Virus record (IMG/VR): IMGVR_UViG_3300048926_000230
Location: 1-64,000 of that record
Reading direction: 5' to 3' (one strand)
Source of the DNA: an uncultured virus (IMG/VR IMGVR_UViG_3300048926_000230)
Taxonomy: Duplodnaviria > Heunggongvirae > Uroviricota > Caudoviricetes
DNA length: 64,000 bases
Positions 47,581-56,175 of the stretch are shown here, piece by piece. Numbering within the stretch: position 1 is the first letter of the stretch; each line of letters opens with the position of its first letter. A program made the position numbers and the translations under genes. The notes under the pieces were generated by a model. It ran no database searches. It was not told the DNA's origin and was given only the letters and a program-made list of their open reading frames with translations.

Positions 47581-48800
47581 CGTCGCCCCAATCGCTTAAC
47601 GGTCACGCCATCCCGATCCGGAATGACGCCGAAGGGGTCGACCACAACCGAGCCCTCGGGGAACTCCAGCGAGCGATACCGCTCATTGTTGGTGGCCAAG
47701 AAGTACACAGCCTTGTACATGTAATCCACATCGTTGACGTGCAGGAACTGCTCGCCAGACTGGCGGAGGATATCGGCCATCAGCATTGCCGCGCTGCCGG
47801 TTTCGATGTCGGTCTCGGGCTTGAAGGCCGTTCCGAGCACGATGAGTGGCAGATCATGCTTCTCGGCGTAGTAGGAGGCGACCTCGGCGTGCCAGGCCTC
47901 ATACTCCTGGCGGGCGTGCATCAGCGCGTCCCAGATGTTGAAGGACATGTCAACCTCTTCGGCGAGCCAGGACAGCGCGATATTGTCGCGCGGGTGGCAG
48001 CCGCCACCGTCGGACATGCCGGCATCCATGTAGCGGCTCGACAGTAGCCGGCGGTCGGCGAGATCCCAGGCTGCCTTCATGTCGTCGAAATTCATGCCCA
48101 TGCGCTCGCACATCTCGCCCCAGCAGTTGGCGATGACCGTCTTGGCGGTGATCCACGTGTTGTACGAGACCTTGATTCCCTCGGCCGTCGTCACGCCGGT
48201 GCGGATGCACGGGGCATCATTGATCGTGGCGTAGAACTCCTCCAGGAGATCCGCGGCCTCGTCGCTGCAGACGCCGATCAGGTTGAACTCCGGGTGTAGG
48301 TAGTCCTGCAGGACGGTGCCCATCGCGATGAACTGCGGGGTGTAGACATAGTCGACGAAATCGTTGAGTAGCGGGGCGATCTCGCGGGAGAACGTGCCGG
48401 GCAGGCAGGTGGAGATGACCGCGACAGTCTTGCGCACGCCCAGCCGCTCGCACGCCGCGGCGACGGCGGCCACGCCCTCCTTCAGAAAGGTGTAGTCGAA
48501 ATCCTCTCTGGCGTCGGGCATGATCGTGGCGCCCTCAAATTCCGGCGCGTGCGGGGTCTGGATGGCGACGAAGATGATGTCCGAGTCGGCAACTACCTCG
48601 TCGACGGTGTCGTGCCACTGGATGTCATGATTGTCGAGCAGCGGCTGCAGCCCCTCCTCGCGGAACGGGATGAAGCGCGACTCCAGGTAAGTCTTGACGT
48701 CAGGATTGGCGTCGGTTCCGCAGACGGTGTGGCCGCGGCGTTCGATGGCTAGTGCGACCGGCAAGCCGAGCTTGCCCAGTCCGACATGACCAATTCTCAA
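47577..48800 (-). CDS. UDP-glucose/GDP-mannose dehydrogenase family protein
   Basis: Rossmann GLGKLG, FVAIQTP, AEGIKVSYN, catalytic GGGCHPRD, AFKPETD. Confidence 0.9.
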   Translation of the reverse strand: MRIGHVGLGKLGLPVALAIERRGHTVCGTDANPDVKTYLESRFIPFREEGLQPLLDNHDIQWHDTVDEVVADSDIIFVAIQTPHAPEFEGATIMPDAREDFDYTFLKEGVAAVAAACERLGVRKTVAVISTCLPGTFSREIAPLLNDFVDYVYTPQFIAMGTVLQDYLHPEFNLIGVCSDEAADLLEEFYATINDAPCIRTGVTTAEGIKVSYNTWITAKTVIANCWGEMCERMGMNFDDMKAAWDLADRRLLSSRYMDAGMSDGGGCHPRDNIALSWLAEEVDMSFNIWDALMHARQEYEAWHAEVASYYAEKHDLPLIVLGTAFKPETDIETGSAAMLMADILRQSGEQFLHVNDVDYMYKAVYFLATNNERYRSLEFPEGSVVVDPFGVIPDRDGVTVKRLGRR

Positions 48801-48818
48801 AGTGTTCCCCTTTGGTGG

Positions 48819-49376
48819 TTAGTCGAGTAGTGCTGCGATGTTTCGCTCGGATGTGTTGCCGCCGTTGCAGTGCACTGCGGCAAATGCTTCAGCGAGCGCC
48901 TCTGGCGCGTTGAAATGGCCGTCCTTAAACGAGTAGCGGGCCAACTCGTCGTAGTCGACGGCGTCCGTCCATGTGAGATCGATCAGCGCGCGCGACGGTG
49001 CGTCACCGCGATTAGCGTCGAGGATGTGCGCGGCCTCGTGGTAGGTGACGAACTCCATTGGCGTGCAGGACACGGTCCGCGGGTGGAAGTGACTCGCCTC
49101 GTCGTTGGCCATGGACTTCTCGAACGCGGCGCGATCCGCCAGAAATGTCGAGTTGAAGGTGATTACCCCACCGCCGGCCTGTGCGTAGATGTCATTGAGT
49201 GGCTCGGAGTCGATCTTGACGTCCCGCAACTCCGGGTATTTCACGGCGAGTTTGTCTATGGCGCCGTCAATCTCGGCGGAGAGCGTCGGGTCGGCGCCCT
49301 GACTGAGCTTGGTCTCGCCACATGCGGCAAGGGTGGCAACGATAACCGCGGCGGAGGCGAGATATTTGATGAGAAT
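48819..49376 (-). CDS. Lipoprotein with zinc-metallopeptidase-like motif (probable ATT start)
   Basis: Frame extends upstream of GTG 49244 to ILIKYLASAAVIVATLAACG (lipobox); HEAAH...EALAEAF; AGGAG 8 nt before ATT. Confidence 0.65.
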   Translation of the reverse strand: MLIKYLASAAVIVATLAACGETKLSQGADPTLSAEIDGAIDKLAVKYPELRDVKIDSEPLNDIYAQAGGGVITFNSTFLADRAAFEKSMANDEASHFHPRTVSCTPMEFVTYHEAAHILDANRGDAPSRALIDLTWTDAVDYDELARYSFKDGHFNAPEALAEAFAAVHCNGGNTSERNIAALLD

Positions 49377-49387
49377 GGGCTGTTCTC

Positions 49388-49933
49388 CTAGCGCCCGTAT
49401 GTCAAGCTGTTCCCCGGGCTGAAGAAGTAGTGGTAGAGCGTCTGATCGATGTAATGCTCGGTCTTTGGCGAGACCTGGTCGGCCCAGCGCTTGTCCTCCC
49501 CATAGCCGCCGTTAAAACGTCCCTGTCGGGCGATCTCGGTGCGAATCGGGTTGAGGTGGCTGACATTCCGGTAGTAACCGTTAGCGTCGTCGGACCACTC
49601 GTCGTACTCAAGCGAGTGATAGGTGGGCTTCTGGCGCGCTCCGTCGATGTAGAGCTGAAGCTGGAAGCCGATATAGTCGACACCGTCGAGAAGCGGGTAG
49701 ATGGCGTCGACGTAGTTGCCGGCGACCATGTCGTCATCGTCGATGAAGTTGAAGTACTCCCCCGAGGCGTTGTCCAGGCACCACTGCCGTTTCTCGGCGA
49801 CGGTTCCCGGCATGTTGCAGGTCATCAGCTCGATGTCCGAGCGAGCCTGAATCTGTGGAGTGAGGGTGTTCATGAGCCGGGCGTACTCGTGGCGGCGCTC
49901 AGGGACTGTGAGGACCGCTATCGTCCACTTCAC
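49388..49933 (-). CDS. Glycosyltransferase family 2
   Basis: WTIAVLTVPER...AEKRQWCLDNASGEYFNFIDDDD...YGEDKRW. Confidence 0.8.
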   Translation of the reverse strand: MKWTIAVLTVPERRHEYARLMNTLTPQIQARSDIELMTCNMPGTVAEKRQWCLDNASGEYFNFIDDDDMVAGNYVDAIYPLLDGVDYIGFQLQLYIDGARQKPTYHSLEYDEWSDDANGYYRNVSHLNPIRTEIARQGRFNGGYGEDKRWADQVSPKTEHYIDQTLYHYFFSPGNSLTYGR

Positions 49934-50622
49934 TGCATGACCTCCTGCAGTTTCGCCGCGGTGTCGCGAATGAGCGCCTGCACTTCGGCGCCGTAGTACA
50001 GCTCGTCCGGCCGGCACTCCTGGTGGCGGGCCAGGCGCTCGCTGGTGTTCTGATCGATCTCCGCCTTGCCCACGATGTAGTGCATGTGCTCGGTGTAGAT
50101 GTCGATCTCCAGGTGGCGGCCAATGAGTTTGGAGACGTCGTTAAGGAACGTGTCGTTGAAATCGCTGACGAACAGCGGCGGGAAAAGGAACCCGGCGGTC
50201 TCGACCCACTTGCGATGGATGAAGCCGTGCGTCCCAAAGTTGTTGCCGTCCTGGTATCCGTCGCGCCCGAAGGCGAACAGGATCTTGTCCGGGTAGGCAT
50301 CGAACGTCTCGCGCACAACGTCGTCCCAGCCGGGCGTGCGAAACACGATGTCGTCGCCGCAGTGCATGATGATGTCCGCGCGCGACGCGTCGAAGCACAG
50401 ATTCCACATCGCCGAGAGGTTCACGAGATTATCGCGCTCTCGGGGGCCACGGACCTGCACCCATTTGATGTCGATCTGCAGGTCGTCGTATGAATGGTCA
50501 TCAGAGTCGATGTACGTCACGATCCGGATGTTTTCCGGGTGCGACGCCGTGGCGTTGATGGAATCAACCAAGCGGCTCAACTGATTCGGCCGCTGGCGGG
50601 TTGGGAGGAGGAGGTCAATCAA
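49930..50622 (-). CDS. Glycosyltransferase family 2-like
   Basis: LLLPTRQRP...YIDSDD...IMHCGDDIVF...HMHY. Confidence 0.8.
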   Translation of the reverse strand: MIDLLLPTRQRPNQLSRLVDSINATASHPENIRIVTYIDSDDHSYDDLQIDIKWVQVRGPRERDNLVNLSAMWNLCFDASRADIIMHCGDDIVFRTPGWDDVVRETFDAYPDKILFAFGRDGYQDGNNFGTHGFIHRKWVETAGFLFPPLFVSDFNDTFLNDVSKLIGRHLEIDIYTEHMHYIVGKAEIDQNTSERLARHQECRPDELYYGAEVQALIRDTAAKLQEVMQ

Positions 50623-50749
50623 GGACGGGGACCGCCTTGATGCGCATTTCAGCCTGCTCTTCAGCGGGGCGGTCAGCCATCTCCATGCAGAGGCGCTGGA
50701 AGCGCTCGGCGACGGCAACGGGCTCCCCGCGGTCGGTGAGGACATGCAT
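50615..50749 (-). CDS. 44-aa hypothetical protein heading the glycosyltransferase operon
   Basis: GGAGG RBS; MHVLTDRGEPVAVAERFQRL...; overlaps the GT start. Confidence 0.5.
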   Translation of the reverse strand: MHVLTDRGEPVAVAERFQRLCMEMADRPAEEQAEMRIKAVPVLD

Positions 50750-50763
50750 GAAACCTCCAATTT

Positions 50764-50819
50764 GTCTCAATAGTGAGACATTTGTTGCATTGGCGAGATT
50801 CGGGACTTAGATTGGGGAC
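50764..50819 (+). promoter_or_regulatory. Phage promoter class A, copy 3 (-10 TAGATT at 50808)
   Basis: gtctcaatagtgagac / gttgcattggcgagat / gacttagattggggac at 20-bp period. Confidence 0.75.
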
Positions 50820-50847
50820 ACAGGCCACACAATCCCAGGAGATGAAC

Positions 50848-51201
50848 ATGACCGTTTTGCAGGACTTGATCGATTCGCGCGACCTTCTGATCCGGGGTGG
50901 GTACACCGCCCACTATCTCAGGATGGACGGGCGCCACTGCGCGGTCGGCGCGGTGCTCGATGCCACCGGCAACGAGGACATCCACGCCTTCATCTACAAC
51001 ACGATGAACGAGCGGGGCGCCGCGGTGATTCGTGCGCTGAATGCCACCCTCCCCGAGGATTTCCAGCCACATCTCAATTCTCAGCACCTGGGGGACATCG
51101 CGTCTCGGGTGGCTGGATACAACAACCGGAGGGGCGAGGAGGCGGTGATCGCAATGTTCAATTCCGCCATCGCCCGCGAAGAGACGCTCGTCTCGGCCTA
51201 A
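50848..51201 (+). CDS. Tandem paralog 1 (DUF6197-like)
   Basis: MTVLQDLIDSRDL...HCAVGAVLDATGNE...YNN..GEEAVIAMFNSAI. Confidence 0.75.
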   Translation: MTVLQDLIDSRDLLIRGGYTAHYLRMDGRHCAVGAVLDATGNEDIHAFIYNTMNERGAAVIRALNATLPEDFQPHLNSQHLGDIASRVAGYNNRRGEEAVIAMFNSAIAREETLVSA

Positions 51202-51226
51202 CCCCAACCGCCAAAAGGAGATTCAC

Positions 51227-51625
51227 ATGACCGTTTTGCAAGATCTGATCGACAGCCGCGACCTCATCATTCGCGACGGGTGGTCGCTCGGCCGGCTGCG
51301 CGGCGCGAACGGAAGTCACTGCGCCATGGGCGCGGTGCTCGATACCACCGGCAACGAGCACATCAACCACTCGCTCGCATACGACACGATGAACGAACGC
51401 GGCCAAGCGGTGACCGCCGCGCTCTACGAGGCAATTCCCGCGGAGAAGCGGGCCTCGATCATGGCCGAATGGGGCGATGAGATCGCAGAACTCCACCCGG
51501 ATTGCGTCCGAGGGTGCACCGTGGGTGACTACAACAACTACTTCGGCGAGTCGACGGTGATCGAGATGTTCAACGTCGCTATCGCCCAGCAGCGGGCCGC
51601 CGCCTCCACTTCATACAAGCGCTGA
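51227..51625 (+). CDS. Tandem paralog 2 (DUF6197-like)
   Basis: Same blocks as paralog 1; own RBS. Confidence 0.75.
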   Translation: MTVLQDLIDSRDLIIRDGWSLGRLRGANGSHCAMGAVLDTTGNEHINHSLAYDTMNERGQAVTAALYEAIPAEKRASIMAEWGDEIAELHPDCVRGCTVGDYNNYFGESTVIEMFNVAIAQQRAAASTSYKR

Positions 51626-51639
51626 AGGAGATATCGAAC

Positions 51640-52026
51640 ATGACACTCTTGCAGGATCTGGTCGCCAGTCGCGACCTACTCGTCAAGGATGGATGGGTGG
51701 CGCACAAGTTGCGCGACTCCGAAACGGGCGCGCGTTGCGCCGTCGGTGCGGTGCTCGACGCCACCGGGAATGAAGACCTCGACGCGTTCACCTACGGAGA
51801 GATGAACGAGCGCGGCGTCGCGGCGGTGGATGCCCTCTATAACCTCCTACCGGTGGGGTGGAAGGGGTATCGCGAAGCATCGTTGACCACGAAGGCGATC
51901 TGCATCGCCGACTACAACAACGGACGGGGCGAGCAGCCCACCGTTAAGCTCTTCGAGAACGCCATCGACGCCCTCGCGCCGGCAGCCGTGGGCTGCGGCG
52001 TTCGGCAAATAGGCGTGTTCCGTTGA
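51640..52026 (+). CDS. Tandem paralog 3 (DUF6197-like)
   Basis: Same blocks as paralog 1; own RBS. Confidence 0.75.
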   Translation: MTLLQDLVASRDLLVKDGWVAHKLRDSETGARCAVGAVLDATGNEDLDAFTYGEMNERGVAAVDALYNLLPVGWKGYREASLTTKAICIADYNNGRGEQPTVKLFENAIDALAPAAVGCGVRQIGVFR

Positions 52027-52062
52027 CAACGGAACGGGTGAATTAACCGAACAGTGACCACC

Positions 52063-52100
52063 GAAAGGCCGAGCACCCGCTATATGGTGCTCGGCCTTTC
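52063..52100. terminator. Bidirectional terminator between the capsid gene and the paralog cassette
   Basis: GAAAGGCCGAGCACC-8 nt-GGTGCTCGGCCTTTC. Confidence 0.8.
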
Positions 52101-52132
52101 ATGGTTACTGAGATGCGCTTGCGCGCAACGCC

Positions 52133-53512
52133 TTACGCGAAGGTCGGCGCGGTGAGAGCGGTACCGGTGATTTCGGCAATGCTCTCCGAGTGGCGCTCAG
52201 CGGTGAACGCCAAGAAGCCGTAGACCTGCAGCAGGATCGTCAGGTTGTCGGCCCGCGTCTGGTCGAAGGTCCGGGTACGGATGCCCGATTCGAACAGGAG
52301 CAGGTCGCTCGCGCGCAGGATGTGGACGACATCCTGGTTGGTGCCGGCACCGAGGTTGGTCGGCAGCAGCGGGTCGGTGTACACGGGCAGGCCGTGCAGG
52401 TTGCCCACGTAGCCGGCGGTGATGACGCCGCCGTGCGTACCGATCAGCGGGGTGCTCGCGTTGGACGAGCCCGAGATCAGCGGCACGTCGTTGGCGGTGA
52501 ACACCGCCTGCAGCTGAGACCAGCGCCGCGGGTGCATGACGATGACCTCGGCCGGCAGGGTGCGCTGAGTACCCACGCGCTGGATCGCGTCAGCGATCTT
52601 CGCGTAGAGGGTCTTGGCCTTCGACAGCTCGTTACCGGCGTCGGTCGCGGTGATCGTGGTGATGCCAGAGGCATTCCGGACGCCCTTGACCTGGCCCGAG
52701 GTATTCGAGCCGTTGATGACCTGCAGGTTGAGCTTGTTCGCGTAATCCGCCGAGAGATCCCGGAAGATGATCTCGTCGAAGTTCAGCGGCGACTGCTCCA
52801 GCGCCTGGATGGACAGGGCCTGCGCACCCGCGATGGTCTTGACCTGCGCCGAGACGAAGGTGTCGGTCAGGTCGACCTCGGTGATCGCGGTGTTGTCCGC
52901 GGTCTGGATGCCGGTCGAGGTGCCGGTCGCGATCTTCGGGATCGAGATCGAGTCCGTGCCGCCGGGCAGCGGCTCAGACGGCGCCAGGTTGGCGTAGACC
53001 CGACCCGGGCGGGACAGCTCGATGAAGCGGTCCATCAGCCATACGGGCGGAACCAGGTAGCCGCCGGTGCCGTCGGTCCGGTTCAGGGCGCGGACCTCAT
53101 TGGCGTGCGCATTCAGGCGCGCCTGCACCTGATCGTCACCCATGTTGAAGGCGCGGGCCAGCATGTCCTGGACGTAGGACTTGCCGTTACCCTTCTCATA
53201 GGTGCGGTGCTCGTTGGTGACGGTCACGGTCGTGGTGGGACGGGTCACGTTGCGGACCTCCTCGGTGTGGCGGCCGGCGCGCGCAGCCTCGGCTTCCAGG
53301 TCGGTGATCTGGCTGGACAGGTCGTCGACCCGGTCCTGCTTGGCCTTGACGCTGGCGGTAGCCGCGCGGAAGGCGGTGTCCTCGTCCTCGGTCAGGTCGG
53401 CGTCGCCGCGGGCCTCGACAGCGTCGAGAACGGCGTCACGGGCGGTGATTTCGGCGTCGATCTCGGCCAGGAGGGCGGCGCGAGCTTCGATCAGCTTCTG
53501 CAAACGATCCAC
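52133..53512 (-). CDS. Major capsid protein, HK97 fold with N-terminal coiled-coil scaffold domain
   Basis: GGYLVPP, VINGSNTSGQVKG, VMHPRRW, LHGLPVY. Confidence 0.92.
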   Translation of the reverse strand: MDRLQKLIEARAALLAEIDAEITARDAVLDAVEARGDADLTEDEDTAFRAATASVKAKQDRVDDLSSQITDLEAEAARAGRHTEEVRNVTRPTTTVTVTNEHRTYEKGNGKSYVQDMLARAFNMGDDQVQARLNAHANEVRALNRTDGTGGYLVPPVWLMDRFIELSRPGRVYANLAPSEPLPGGTDSISIPKIATGTSTGIQTADNTAITEVDLTDTFVSAQVKTIAGAQALSIQALEQSPLNFDEIIFRDLSADYANKLNLQVINGSNTSGQVKGVRNASGITTITATDAGNELSKAKTLYAKIADAIQRVGTQRTLPAEVIVMHPRRWSQLQAVFTANDVPLISGSSNASTPLIGTHGGVITAGYVGNLHGLPVYTDPLLPTNLGAGTNQDVVHILRASDLLLFESGIRTRTFDQTRADNLTILLQVYGFLAFTAERHSESIAEITGTALTAPTFA

Positions 53513-53693
53513 TAGGGATCTCCTTTCGGATTTTGGGCACGAATAGGCCCGGGCACTGGGTCATTGGGGAGCCCCGCATGTGCCATGACGGGGTCGCGCC
53601 CTCCCCCAGGTGCTTTAGGAGGACACTTCAAACGGCCCCCAGTGCCAGGGAGCAATTCGCGAAAGAACAAGCGAGGGAATGACCCTCGGGGGC

Positions 53694-54755
53694 TTAGCGC
53701 TCAGTTAGGGCGCGAGCGAGGCGCAGGCTCATGCCGCGCTTCGGTGCTTCAGGCTCCTTGGCGACGGGCGCCGGGATGAGTTCGAGCTTTTCGAGCATCT
53801 CGATGAGTTTCGGCGCGCGTTCGTCGTTCGCGTCGACGCCGAAGTGCTCCCGTAGGGCGGCTTCGATCTCGGGACTAGCCTCGGATTCGACCGTTTCCGA
53901 CTGTGCGCGTTCGGCATTCAGCCACGTGAGCACGTCGGCACGCCAAACAGCCTCGGCGGTGAGCCATTCGTAGGTGCGAATAGTCTCGTCGGCCTGGCCT
54001 TCGAATTCGCGGACGTCATCGGCAGCCGGGTCACCGGTCTTGCCGGCCACCGGCTGTGCATCGCGGACGGCAGTGAGACGCTCCTGTGCGACCTTGAGAT
54101 CCTTGACGGCATCTTCGGAGCGGACCTCGGCCAATTCGGTCTCGTCGCATTCGGCGAGATATCGCACGGCATCCGCCGCGGACCGTACGCCAATCGAGGT
54201 GTCCGGGTTGGCGCCGAAGTTCACGATGCTGACGTCACCCTTGTGCAGGGAGACCTCGGTGATGGTGCGGTACGAGTGGTTGTCGTCGTCGTAACCCTCG
54301 GCCGCCCGCCACTCCTGGGCTTTTACCCGGAACGCGAAGGACATTTCGTCCATGTCGCCGCGCTCCATCTTGACGAAGATGCCCATCGAGTCGGGATCGC
54401 GCTTGTCAAGCGTCGCAACGACCTTCAGACCCTTCTCGTCAGCCTCCAGCACGCAGGTACCCGACTTAGTGCGGGCCAGCGGCGTGCCGGCGTGGTTGAT
54501 CAAGAAGTGCAGATCAGGCTTCTCGCGGAGCGTCTTGTCAAATGCGTTGGGGTCGATGCGCTCGATGTAGCCGTAGCCGTTGGCCGGCCCGCCGTACATC
54601 TCGTACTCTTCGAACGTCGAGGCGTAACCCTCAACGACAAAGAGGTTCTCATCCTCTGCGACGTCCCGATGCTCGATGCGATCCATCGGGATCGCGCGCC
54701 ACTCCGGAGAGTCGGTGATATTTACTGGACGCGCGCGGCGAGTCAGTAGATCCAT
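53694..54755 (-). CDS. HK97-type prohead protease
   Basis: VEGYASTF, FLINH, MDEMSFAFRV, DVSIVNFGANP. Confidence 0.9.
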   Translation of the reverse strand: MDLLTRRARPVNITDSPEWRAIPMDRIEHRDVAEDENLFVVEGYASTFEEYEMYGGPANGYGYIERIDPNAFDKTLREKPDLHFLINHAGTPLARTKSGTCVLEADEKGLKVVATLDKRDPDSMGIFVKMERGDMDEMSFAFRVKAQEWRAAEGYDDDNHSYRTITEVSLHKGDVSIVNFGANPDTSIGVRSAADAVRYLAECDETELAEVRSEDAVKDLKVAQERLTAVRDAQPVAGKTGDPAADDVREFEGQADETIRTYEWLTAEAVWRADVLTWLNAERAQSETVESEASPEIEAALREHFGVDANDERAPKLIEMLEKLELIPAPVAKEPEAPKRGMSLRLARALTER

Positions 54756-55975
54756 TAGTTTCCTTTCCCGCCGGTTTTGGCAGAAGTGGTTGGCGCCGTG
54801 CCCTTCTCTTGGGGCGGCGTGCCGAGTTCGACAAAGTTGGCGGGCTGTAGATGGATGTCGCCGTTCTCGATGGGTTCGCGTTCCTCAAGGGCGCGAACCT
54901 CATTGACGGACAGCCACCCGTTCTGGAGGGCGATCATGTAGGCCTCGTTGCGGCTCTTGTGGTCACCGCGCAGGAGTGCGTCGACGTTGAACTTGGAGAA
55001 CTGGCCGCGGGGCAGGATCAGGTCGAATGCCTGCTCGATGCACACCAGCCAGGGCGCCAGAGTGTCGACGACGAAGCCGATGGACATGTGCTCGATGCCC
55101 GAGCCGAACGATGTCGACTTCTCGGTGTCGCCGAGTTTGTGCAGCGGGATGCCGAACATCATTGCGATGTCGTGCCGCTGGAAGGAGCGAGTCTCCAGGA
55201 ACTGAGACTCTTCCGGCGTGATCTTGATCGACTGCCACTTCATGTTGTTGCCGAGGACGGCCGGGATGCGGCGGTTGCGGTGCGCGCGCATCCAGCTCTG
55301 CAGGGTGCGCTTCACCTGGCCCTCGTCGAGGTCCATTTCCGTGGTGAGAATGCCCGAGGGGTTCGAGGAGTCCTTGAACCATCGCAGGCCGTACTGCTCG
55401 GCCGAGAAGCCAAGGTCAATCGTGGTAGCGGCCAAAGCAACCGGCGAAAGGCTCACCGGGCAGCCGGCTGTCGGGTAGCGCTTGATGTGGAATACATCCG
55501 CGCTGTCGACGAGCTTGCCCTTGATGCGGTACCGCGGGCGCGTCCAGTCGGCGCTGCCGTCCTTCGGGTTGTCGATGCTCACATCATCGGGATGGACGGG
55601 CAGGATGGCCGTGGGCCACATGTTCTTGTCGCGCGCCGTCACGTAGCCGAATGCGTTGCCGGTCACCGCCAATGACTGCACCATCATCCACAGCCAGTCC
55701 CGCCAGGTCATGTCGGGATAAGGGCTCTGAATGAGTTGCGGCATCGGCTTCACGGGCGCCCGGACGCCGTCCTTGCGCTTGTAGGCGTTCAGCGGCAGTG
55801 AGGACACCGAGTCCGCGAGGATGCGCACACAGGCGAAGAACGCCAGCAGCTTCATCGGATCGCCACCGCCACCGAAGCCGCCCACGGACTCTTCGGACCA
55901 CTTCGGGAGGCTCTCAAGCTTGGTGATAGTGCGCGCTTCAGGGGCGCCAGTCCATGCCCGGCTCAGAAAACTCAT
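54755..55975 (-). CDS. Portal protein (HK97 family)
   Basis: FACVRILADSVSSLP...GNAF...QFLETR...IAMMFGIP...NEVRALE. Confidence 0.92.
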   Translation of the reverse strand: MSFLSRAWTGAPEARTITKLESLPKWSEESVGGFGGGGDPMKLLAFFACVRILADSVSSLPLNAYKRKDGVRAPVKPMPQLIQSPYPDMTWRDWLWMMVQSLAVTGNAFGYVTARDKNMWPTAILPVHPDDVSIDNPKDGSADWTRPRYRIKGKLVDSADVFHIKRYPTAGCPVSLSPVALAATTIDLGFSAEQYGLRWFKDSSNPSGILTTEMDLDEGQVKRTLQSWMRAHRNRRIPAVLGNNMKWQSIKITPEESQFLETRSFQRHDIAMMFGIPLHKLGDTEKSTSFGSGIEHMSIGFVVDTLAPWLVCIEQAFDLILPRGQFSKFNVDALLRGDHKSRNEAYMIALQNGWLSVNEVRALEEREPIENGDIHLQPANFVELGTPPQEKGTAPTTSAKTGGKGN

Positions 55976-56175
55976 TCAGCCACCACAATCTGCTTTGGCG
56001 ACTTCTTAGGCGGGTCGACAGCCAAGCCGACGACGAACAGCAAGATGCCGCCGATAATGAAGGCCAGCCAGGGCGCCAGGAGGTAGCAGCCCGTGGTCAC
56101 CGCGGCGACGCCGGCGAGTTCGAATAGCCCGGAAAGAATTGGGCGATAGTCAATCTGCCGAGAAGGCTCGGTCAA
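55972..56175 (-). CDS. Small membrane protein between terminase and portal
   Basis: Two TM segments; coupled on both sides. Confidence 0.65.
   Translation of the reverse strand: MTEPSRQIDYRPILSGLFELAGVAAVTTGCYLLAPWLAFIIGGILLFVVGLAVDPPKKSPKQIVVAE

Noticed and set aside
50848..52026. Triple repeat considered as a DGR template/variable pair or CRISPR-like array
   Set aside because: All three copies are full ORFs with an RBS, differences are not confined to adenines, there is no reverse transcriptase in the window, and there is no repeat-spacer periodicity.
35324..55675. Long + strand ORFs opposite structural genes (e.g. 35324-36748, 39998-41017, 42646-43782, 52190-53515, 54851-55675)
   Set aside because: Antisense shadows of strongly codon-biased virion genes.
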